Positions 47,216 through 54,246 of a stretch of DNA of 64,000 nucleotides are shown here, piece after piece (positions within the stretch are counted from its first letter, which is position 1; each line of letters begins with the position of its first letter). The position numbers and the translations under genes were made by a program. The notes beneath the pieces are model-generated. The model saw nothing but the letters and a program-made list of their open reading frames with translations, made no database searches and was not told the origin of the DNA. Source of the stretch: an uncultured Actinomycetes bacterium (GTDB lineage Bacteria > Actinomycetota > Thermoleophilia > Gaiellales > Gaiellaceae); NCBI GenBank assembly GCA_963775625.1, contig CAVZJM010000005.1:971-64970 (forward strand). The letters run 5' to 3'.

Positions 47216-48097
47216 CTACTCGACCGGCACGAGGGCCGGGAGGAAGCGAACCATCCCGGGCCCGTACTCCTCGTCGACCAGCGCCTGTGCGCGGCCGTCC
47301 GCGTCGGCGGCCACGTCGATGAAGACCATCGGCGGGAGCCCACCCGTGTCCGACCCAAGGAGCTTGAGCCCGAGCTCTGGGAGGCGCGCCTCCACCTCCT
47401 TGCGGATCTGCGCGAGCTCCTGGGCGGTCGGAACGTCGCGCTCGACGACGCAGAGAGGGCCGTCCCACACCTCGCGGATCGCGGTCTCGTGACGGTCGGC
47501 TTGCCCCGTAAAGACGGCGACGAAGACGACCGGGCTGAACTCCTGCAGCTCCTTGTCGAGGTGGTCGTTCCAGGAGATGACGTAGTCAGGCTGCGACCTC
47601 GCGTACGCGTGCGCCCGGCGTGCCTCCTCCTGCGTGTTGTGCTCCGGGTCGGGCGCGACCCAGCCGCCTTCGGGCTCAGGACAGGGATTCTCGTAGACGT
47701 AGGCCTCGGGCACATCGGGCTCTTCGAACGGCCCCACTTCGGCAACGGTGAACACCTCACCGTCGAACCTGCCGACAACGTGGTAGCCGCCCCAGGTCGT
47801 CCCGTCCATGGATCTCTCGCCGCCGACCGCCTCCCAGTCCCAGTTGGCAATCCGAACGTCGCCGCACTGCGGCGGCAGCGACAGCAGGATCCCACCTAGG
47901 CAGAGCATCGGCCCATCCGTGGCCTCCAGCACAGTCGCGCTCGCCTCGTAGAGCTGCGGCGCATCGGCTGAAGGTACGGTCGGTGGCGACTCGTCTGTCG
48001 GGCTCGTGCTCCGGCCGACAGCCCCCGGCTCGCCGGAGCCGCAGGCGAAGGGCCACAAGGCTGCAAGAGCCAGCGTGGCGAGGGCGATCTTGGGCAT
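47216..48097 (-). CDS. lipoprotein of unknown function, paralog A
   Basis: Lipobox LWPFAC. It shares blocks with 48131..49036: QLYEA, LC.GG, LPPQCG, WDWEAV, TTWG.Y.VVG.FDGE.FTV.EVGP, PCPEPEGGWVA and IREVW.GPLCV.ER. Confidence 0.6.
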   Translation of the reverse strand: MPKIALATLALAALWPFACGSGEPGAVGRSTSPTDESPPTVPSADAPQLYEASATVLEATDGPMLCLGGILLSLPPQCGDVRIANWDWEAVGGERSMDGTTWGGYHVVGRFDGEVFTVAEVGPFEEPDVPEAYVYENPCPEPEGGWVAPDPEHNTQEEARRAHAYARSQPDYVISWNDHLDKELQEFSPVVFVAVFTGQADRHETAIREVWDGPLCVVERDVPTAQELAQIRKEVEARLPELGLKLLGSDTGGLPPMVFIDVAADADGRAQALVDEEYGPGMVRFLPALVPVE

Positions 48098-48130
48098 GTG
48101 TCTCTTCTACGCCCTCGCTGACCCCGGGCG

Positions 48131-49036
48131 TCACTCCGCGACCGGCGTCAGCTCAGGGACGACGCGTACCAGGCCCGGTCCGAACCGCTCGTCGACCGCG
48201 GCCTGTCCTGCACCGCCTGGGTCGACGACCACGCCCATCTCGGCGGCCAGCCCCACTGGCCCGCTGGCCGACCACAGGTACCGCAGGCCCAGCTCGTCCT
48301 GGATGAAGCCCGTGGCTTCCTCGCGGATCTCCGCAAGCTGCTCAGCGGTGGGGCCCTGTCGCTCGGTGACACACAGCGGGCCGCCCCAAACCTCGCGGAT
48401 TGCGGCCTCGGCGCCGGCGGCGTCCTCGGCGACGACGACGTTCATGATCTGGAGGACCGGCTTGCCCTCGTTCAGCCTCTGAGCCAGCTCGCCGTCCGTG
48501 AAGTCACCGGCGTAGTCAACCCAGAGGGCGACGTAGTCCGCGCGCGCTTGCGCCATCGACGCGCCTGCGGCGAAGTCCGAGTCCGCGGCTCGGCTCGGGT
48601 CGAGTGCGACCCAGCCTCCTTCGGGCTCGGGACACGGCGTGCTGAAGTCGCGCTCGCCCGCGCGATCGGCAGCGTGGCCGTCGTAGGGCCCGACCTCCTT
48701 GACCGTGAAGGTCTCGCCGTCGAACGTGCCGACGACGCGGTAGTCCCCCCACGTTGTCCCACCCGCGCTCTCCTCGCCCTCGACCGCCTCCCAGTCCCAG
48801 CCGACGAGCGGAAGGCCGCCGCACTGCGGAGGCAGGGAGTCCTCGACCCCGCCCATGCACAGCTTCGGCCCGTCCGCATCGCCCAGCACGGTCGTGTTCG
48901 CCTCGTAGAGCTGCTCGGGGTCGAGCTTCGGAACGGTGGCGGAAGACGGCTCGGCGGCCACGTCCGGGTCACCTGCGCCACACGCGGCCGACACCAGGAC
49001 GCCGAGAATCACGCCGCCGAGCAGAAGCGTTCGCAT
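48131..49036 (-). CDS. lipoprotein of unknown function, paralog B
   Basis: Lipobox VSAAC. It is a tandem paralog of 47216..48097. Confidence 0.6.
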   Translation of the reverse strand: MRTLLLGGVILGVLVSAACGAGDPDVAAEPSSATVPKLDPEQLYEANTTVLGDADGPKLCMGGVEDSLPPQCGGLPLVGWDWEAVEGEESAGGTTWGDYRVVGTFDGETFTVKEVGPYDGHAADRAGERDFSTPCPEPEGGWVALDPSRAADSDFAAGASMAQARADYVALWVDYAGDFTDGELAQRLNEGKPVLQIMNVVVAEDAAGAEAAIREVWGGPLCVTERQGPTAEQLAEIREEATGFIQDELGLRYLWSASGPVGLAAEMGVVVDPGGAGQAAVDERFGPGLVRVVPELTPVAE

Positions 49037-49079
49037 GCTTATTTTGACGACGGGCGGATGCGGAAAGTTCCTGGACGGA

Positions 49080-49553
49080 TCAGCGCCGGTCGAAGAGGCC
49101 TCCGAAGAGGTCGGCCACCGACGAGCCGCCTTCGATCAGCCAGTCGAGCGGCGCGCGGTCGACCACCTCCCGCATGATCCTGGCCTCGAGCCCGCCGATG
49201 CCGCCGCGCGCTTCGGCGTCGTCGATCGCCTCGAGGAGGCCCGAGCGGACCGCGCGCTCGAGCGTCTCGCGATCCCACTCGACGTCGCGGCCCAGCTCCG
49301 GGTCGATGGAGAGGACGAGCTCCTCGCGCGTCGTGTTCAGCTCGCAGGCAGCCCCGTCGAGCCCGTCGAGGACGATGCGCTGGAGCGTCGCCTGGAAGCC
49401 CTCGCCGGGGAAGGCCTCGCGCTGTTCGCACGGATCGGCGACGGCCGGCTCGCCGTAGGTCAGGGCGCCCTTGGAGAGCTCGATGCCGATCAGCACCGCG
49501 GCCGCCAGACCGAGCGCGCCCAGCGCGAGCAATCCCTGCCGGCGGCGGCTCAC
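49080..49553 (-). CDS. membrane-anchored hypothetical protein
   Basis: The start overlaps the MFS gene stop. It has one N-terminal TM helix, an acidic soluble domain and two Cys. Confidence 0.45.
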   Translation of the reverse strand: MSRRRQGLLALGALGLAAAVLIGIELSKGALTYGEPAVADPCEQREAFPGEGFQATLQRIVLDGLDGAACELNTTREELVLSIDPELGRDVEWDRETLERAVRSGLLEAIDDAEARGGIGGLEARIMREVVDRAPLDWLIEGGSSVADLFGGLFDRR

Positions 49554-50917
49554 GCCACGGCCCTTCTGCCGAAGGCCAGCCCGAAGAGCCCGGCGAGGAC
49601 CGCGAAGAGCGCCGAGAGCACGAAGGAGGAGCGAAAGGCCCGCGTCAGCACGGCCTGCACGGACTCGAGCAGCGAGTCGCGTGCGGCGGCGACCTCGGGG
49701 TCGCCGGCCGCACCGTTCTCCTCGAAGGGCCGCGACAGGTCGGGAATCTCACCCTCCGGCACCCGCTGGAACTCCCGGTAGAGGTCGAGCGTGATCGGAA
49801 TCTTGGTCGTCAGCGGGAGCTGAGCGTCGAGGATCACCGCCGTCGCGTTCAGCGTGGCCGTCTCCTCGGCGTCGTCCAGCTCGGAGGCAAGGAGCGGCGC
49901 GACCGCCAGGAGCCCGACGACAAGGCCGACATGGCGCACGCCGACCGAGGTGGCGCTGCTCCGCGAGAGGTCGCCCTGCCGGGCCAGCGACGCACGCGTC
50001 AGCGGCGGCAGCGCGAGGCCCAGGCCGACGCCGGCGAGAGCCAGAGCGGGCACCGCATAGGCCGGGTCGCTGGCGGGCAGCAGGGCGAGCGCGGCGAGGC
50101 CCGCCGCCAGGAGGGCCGAGCCCCCGACGACGTCGGCCGGCCCGGAGAGCCGAGCGGAGAGCGGCCGGGCGCACAGGGCCGCCACCGGCAACGCGCTCAC
50201 GATCCCGGCTCCCGCGAGTGGGCCGTAGTCCCACACGGTGACGATCAGGAGCACAGCCAGGAAGAGCGCGCCGACGAGCGCCGCATACGTGAAGACGAGC
50301 GCGGCCGCAGAGCCGAGGGGCGCGCGGCCCTTCTCCGTCGGCGGCGGCAGCGCGCGCACGGCCGGCTGCAGGGCGGCCGCGATCGCCGCCGCGGCCAGCG
50401 GCGCCTGGACGGCGAAGATCGCACGCCAGTCGAAGGCCTCCGTGAGGACGCCGCCGAGCGCCGGGCCGACCGCGGTCCCCAGCGTCCCGGCGCCGACCCA
50501 GAGAGCCACGGCGCGCGAGCGGTCGCCGCTCAGGACGACCAGGAGCGGGAGGGAGGCCCCGAGGAGGAACGCCGCGCCGAGCCCCTGGGCGACTCTCCCG
50601 GCAACGAGCGTCTCCAGGGTCCCGGACACCGCACAGACGACGGACGCAACGAGAAAGAGCCCGAGGCCCGCGAGCGCGAGCCAGGCGGGACGCACGCGCC
50701 GTACGAGCGGCAGGAGCGCGAAGGCGCCGATCACGACCGCGAGGTTGTACGCGGTCACGACCCACGAGATGCGGGGAATCGTGGTCTGGAGCTCCACAAA
50801 CAGCTCCGGCAGGGCCAGAACGACGATCGACGAGTCCGCGAAGGCGACGGCGATCGAGACCGCGAGCGCGATCTCGAGCAGGAGATCCCGCTTCGGGTTG
50901 ACGGCCTCGGGCTCGAT
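49550..50917 (-). CDS. MFS transporter (DHA2-like); start unresolved
   Basis: Multiple TM helices. The first canonical start (GTG at 50797) lies inside TM1, because the frame reads KRDLLLEIALAVSIAVAFADSSIVVLALPELF upstream of it. The only start-like codon after the in-frame TAG is ATC at 50917. Confidence 0.7.
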   Translation of the reverse strand: MEPEAVNPKRDLLLEIALAVSIAVAFADSSIVVLALPELFVELQTTIPRISWVVTAYNLAVVIGAFALLPLVRRVRPAWLALAGLGLFLVASVVCAVSGTLETLVAGRVAQGLGAAFLLGASLPLLVVLSGDRSRAVALWVGAGTLGTAVGPALGGVLTEAFDWRAIFAVQAPLAAAAIAAALQPAVRALPPPTEKGRAPLGSAAALVFTYAALVGALFLAVLLIVTVWDYGPLAGAGIVSALPVAALCARPLSARLSGPADVVGGSALLAAGLAALALLPASDPAYAVPALALAGVGLGLALPPLTRASLARQGDLSRSSATSVGVRHVGLVVGLLAVAPLLASELDDAEETATLNATAVILDAQLPLTTKIPITLDLYREFQRVPEGEIPDLSRPFEENGAAGDPEVAAARDSLLESVQAVLTRAFRSSFVLSALFAVLAGLFGLAFGRRAVA

Positions 50918-51003
50918 GGCGGCAGCCTATGCGCTGCCACCTTGCACGGCACGTCACATTGGTGTTTGCTTGCCCGGGCAGAAACGGGAGAAAGGGGCTT
51001 ACT

Positions 51004-52101
51004 GTGGCAAGAAAACGCATTGCGGTGGGTGTGATTGCGGCGCTCGTCGTCGCCCTCGCATCAGTTGCACCGGCGACGTCCCGTCCGGACCCGGACGGCG
51101 TCGTCGTCGAAGGGCTCACCGACCCACGCGGCATCGCGGTGGCCGGCGGCCGGACCTTGCTCGTGGCCGAGGGCGACGGCCAGGTCACCAAGATCAAGCC
51201 TCGCCGTCACGGCGGAGCCAAGGTCAGCACGTTTGCGGAGTTTCCGTTCGACCCCGAGCTCGGGCCCTTCCCGGTCGAGGTCGCCTATCAGGGCCCGAAC
51301 CACGTCTGGGTGACCCTCGCCGGTGACCCTGACCCCTCGGTCGGCGGTGGAAGCGTCGTGCGCCTCAACCGCAAGGGCAAGATCACGGTCTCGGTCGACA
51401 TCGCCGGCTACCAGGTCACCGATCCGGATCCCGACGACCAGGACGACTTCCCCGAGGAGTCGAACCCGTTCGGGCTCGCGACCCTCACCGGCGGAGGAGT
51501 CCTCGTCACCGACGCCGCGAACAACGACCTCCTGAAGATCAAGAAGAACAAGAAGATCAAGACGGTCGCGCGCTTCCTGCGCGAGGACGTTCCGTACCCG
51601 CCTGTCGACGTGCCGGACTTCGAGGACCCGCCGCCAGGAACGCCAACTCCGGCGGAGTCCGTCCCCACGGCCGTCGCGATCGGCCCGGACGGCGCGTGGT
51701 ACGTCTCGGAGCTCAAGGGCTTCCCGTTCGTCAAGGGCACGTCCCGGATCTGGCGGATCGAGCCGGGGACGAAGAACGCGACCTGCGATCCCCTGAGCCC
51801 GGACACCGGCCCGTGCACGACCTTCGCGACCGGGTTCACCTCCGTGATCGACCTGGCCTTCGGACGTGACGGGACGATGTACGTCCTCGAGATCGCGAAG
51901 GAGGGCCTGCTCGCCGCCGAGCTCACGGGCGACCCGTTCGGCGCGCTCTGGGCCGTCAGCGGCGGGACGAAGACGGAGCTCGCGCCCGGCACGCTGCTGG
52001 TACCCGGCGGCGTCGCGGTCGGCCACAACGGAACGCTCTCCGTCACGACGGGCACGTTCTTCGGCCCGGACGCGGGCGGCGTCGTTCGGATCAACCCCTA
52101 A
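51004..52101 (+). CDS. secreted beta-propeller protein (ScyD/ScyE- or NHL-like)
   Basis: The GTG at 51004 follows GGGAGAAAGGGG. It has a signal peptide and repeated motifs G.AV...G.L.V, NPFGLA, VTDAANNDLLKI, GPDGAWYVSE and GRDGTMYVLE. Confidence 0.6.
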   Translation: MARKRIAVGVIAALVVALASVAPATSRPDPDGVVVEGLTDPRGIAVAGGRTLLVAEGDGQVTKIKPRRHGGAKVSTFAEFPFDPELGPFPVEVAYQGPNHVWVTLAGDPDPSVGGGSVVRLNRKGKITVSVDIAGYQVTDPDPDDQDDFPEESNPFGLATLTGGGVLVTDAANNDLLKIKKNKKIKTVARFLREDVPYPPVDVPDFEDPPPGTPTPAESVPTAVAIGPDGAWYVSELKGFPFVKGTSRIWRIEPGTKNATCDPLSPDTGPCTTFATGFTSVIDLAFGRDGTMYVLEIAKEGLLAAELTGDPFGALWAVSGGTKTELAPGTLLVPGGVAVGHNGTLSVTTGTFFGPDAGGVVRINP

Positions 52102-52115
52102 CCGAAGCTGGGAGT

Positions 52116-52142
52116 GGCGGCCCGGCCCCCGGTCGGGCCGCC
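52116..52142. terminator. stem-loop between convergent genes
   Basis: GGCGGCCCG / CGGGCCGCC with a 9-nt loop. Confidence 0.45.
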
Positions 52143-52144
52143 TC

Positions 52145-52816
52145 TCAGGCGACCAGGAGCGCGATCGCGGCGAACTGACACGACGCCGCCACGACCGTGA
52201 GCAGGTGGAAGAGCTCGTGGTAGCCGAACACGGTGGGGACGGGGTCGGGCCTGCCCACCGCGTAGACGACCGCGCCGATCGTGTAGAGGATCCCACCCGC
52301 GGCGACGAGGGCCGTGCCGGAGCCTCCTGAAGCTTCGATGATCTGGGGGAGCGCGACGACTCCGACCCAGCCGAGGAAGAGCCCTGCGCCGACCGGCACC
52401 CACCGCGGGGCGTCGAGCCAGAACAGGCGTTGGACGATCGCGAGGGCCGCCCCGATCCAGACGACTCCGAGGATCGAGAACTGCCAGGCGCCGCTCAGCA
52501 CCAGCAGGCCGTAAGGCGTGTAGGTGCCGGCGATCAGCAGGTAGATGGACGCGTGGTCGAGCCGCCGCATGACCCGCCGGGCCGCAGGTCTCCAGGTGAC
52601 CCGGTGGTAGAGGGCGCTGACGCCGAACGTGAGGACGAGGCTGCCACAGAACGCGGCGGCCGCGAGGCGCTCCCGTCCGCCGGGGGCCGCCCCCACGAGA
52701 ACCGCGCCGAGCAGCGCGAAGACGACGAACGCGTACAGGTGGAAGGCCCCGCGGAGGCGAGGCCTGGTCGCCGCTGGCCCGGCCGAGCTACCGGTAGCGG
52801 TAGACGATTCGGCCAC
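52145..52816 (-). CDS. hemolysin III / PAQR family membrane protein
   Basis: Seven TM helices with motifs [16 protein letters not shown] and GYHELFHLL. Confidence 0.85.
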   Translation of the reverse strand: MAESSTATGSSAGPAATRPRLRGAFHLYAFVVFALLGAVLVGAAPGGRERLAAAAFCGSLVLTFGVSALYHRVTWRPAARRVMRRLDHASIYLLIAGTYTPYGLLVLSGAWQFSILGVVWIGAALAIVQRLFWLDAPRWVPVGAGLFLGWVGVVALPQIIEASGGSGTALVAAGGILYTIGAVVYAVGRPDPVPTVFGYHELFHLLTVVAASCQFAAIALLVA

Positions 52817-53009
52817 GGGTGAGATCGTACGGCGACAGCTCGACCTTCACACGGTCTCCGAGAAAGATCCTGATGCGATACCGCCGCATCTTCCCCGCCG
52901 TGTAGCCGAGCGTCTCGTGGCCGTTGTCGAGCTGGATGCGGAACATCCGGTTGCGGAGGGCCTCGACGATCTCGCCCTCCATCTCGATCTTCTCTTCCTT
53001 GTCGGCGAT
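52788..53009 (-). CDS. infA: translation initiation factor IF-1, apparent ATC start
   Basis: The S1-fold sequence [63 protein letters not shown] is present. GGGAGGAG lies 2 nt before the ATC at 53009, which gives the canonical 73 aa. The GTG at 53042 would add 11 atypical residues and would place the SD sequence inside the gene. Confidence 0.85.
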   Translation of the reverse strand: MADKEEKIEMEGEIVEALRNRMFRIQLDNGHETLGYTAGKMRRYRIRIFLGDRVKVELSPYDLTRGRIVYRYR

Positions 53010-53048
53010 AGCTCCTCCCTCGTTCTCAACCCAAGGTAACACTCGGTT

Positions 53049-53095
53049 GCCGGGAGCGCCCGTGGCCGCCGGGGGCGGCCACGGGCGGCTCCGGC
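53049..53095. terminator. long GC hairpin between the csp 3' end and the infA 5' end
   Basis: Core 13-bp stem GCCCGTGGCCGCC-GGG-GGCGGCCACGGGC with extended flanking pairing. Confidence 0.5.
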
Positions 53096-53101
53096 AGCGT
53101 C

Positions 53102-53311
53102 CTACGAGGCGACCGGGGCGACGTTCGTCGCCTCCGGGCCCTTCGCGCCTTCGCGCGCCTCGTACTCGACGCGCGCGCCCTCGGCGAGGGTCTTGAAACC
53201 CTCACCGGCGATGTTCGAATGGTGCACGAAAAGATCCTTCGTGCCCTCATCAGGGGTGATGAAGCCGTACCCCTTGCTGTCGTTGAACCACTTCACGGTT
53301 CCGCTGGCCAT
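53102..53311 (-). CDS. cold-shock protein (CspA family)
   Basis: [23 protein letters not shown]...LFVHHSNI, carrying the RNP1 and RNP2 motifs. Confidence 0.95.
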   Translation of the reverse strand: MASGTVKWFNDSKGYGFITPDEGTKDLFVHHSNIAGEGFKTLAEGARVEYEAREGAKGPEATNVAPVAS

Positions 53312-53668
53312 AAGAAAACACCTCCCTCACCAAGTACAAGAACGGGTAAGGAAAGCGCCTTGCGCGAACCGGACTCGCTCTGGTTATCGCCCCGAGAATA
53401 GCAGGGCACCAGCGTTTCCCGGCATGCTGCGCCGGTGAGCGTCGAGACACGTGGATATTGCAAGCCGGCCTTCGCGCAGGTGCGCGAGGCCTTCGAGAGA
53501 CCTGCAGGCTCGGCGGCTACGAGCGCACCCAGGCCTGCGAGGATGCGCTCGAGGAGATCCTCACGGCAGCCTGAGGCCCGCGACACCAGCGAGCGCGAAG
53601 TCCGCGCCTCGCCGCGACCGTGCTCGTGATGAGCGCCGTCATGGCCCTGCCGGGGCTCGCCGGGCTGG

Positions 53669-54172
53669 TCAGCTCGTCGCTCGCGGAGCCCTCGGAGCGA
53701 AGAAGCCTTCGAGCTCGGCGGGGCCCTCCGCGAGCTGGGCCCAACGCGTCGTGAAGGCGACGCTCGCCAGCGCGCCTGTCGGGAAGCGGTCGAGCGCATC
53801 GGCGCGACGCGTGAGAGCGAGGGCCAGCTCGTGCAGGGTCGGGTTGTGCCCGACGACGAGCACCGAGCCGACCGCTTCGTCAACCTCGCGCAGACGCGCG
53901 AGCACGTCGTCGACGCCCGCGCCGTAGAGCCCGTCCTCGAGCCGGATCTCCACGTCGCCGGCGAGCACCGGTAGAAGCGCGGCCAGCGTCTGCCGGGCGC
54001 GCAGGGCGGTCGAGCAGAGAACAAGCTCCGGTGCGATCTCCTCGCTCCGCAGCTGCTCGGCGATCCGCAGGGCGGCCTTCTCGCCGCGGGGAGCGAGCGG
54101 GCGCTCGTGGTCGGCGAGGCCGGGATCGTCCCAGCTCGACTTGGCGTGGCGGAGGAGGTGTAATCGCTTCAC
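53669..54172 (-). CDS. histidine phosphatase family protein (SixA-like)
   Basis: The GTG at 54172 gives VKRLHLLRHAKSSW (RHG-type motif), and VVGHNPTL occurs later. It is ~167 aa. Confidence 0.75.
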   Translation of the reverse strand: MKRLHLLRHAKSSWDDPGLADHERPLAPRGEKAALRIAEQLRSEEIAPELVLCSTALRARQTLAALLPVLAGDVEIRLEDGLYGAGVDDVLARLREVDEAVGSVLVVGHNPTLHELALALTRRADALDRFPTGALASVAFTTRWAQLAEGPAELEGFFAPRAPRATS

Positions 54173-54246
54173 GAAAGGCGTATTCTCACGGTAATCCCGG
54201 GAAACCGCGGGAAGGAGACAGGCCCTCCTGGGCCGAAATTCGACCC

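Noticed and set aside
44535-47492. 985-aa (+) and 864-aa (-, 44572..47166) ORFs overlapping the M14 carboxypeptidase
   Set aside because: Both are Arg/Pro/Gly-rich shadow frames. Only the frame starting at 44527 carries the signal peptide and the HxxE zinc motif.
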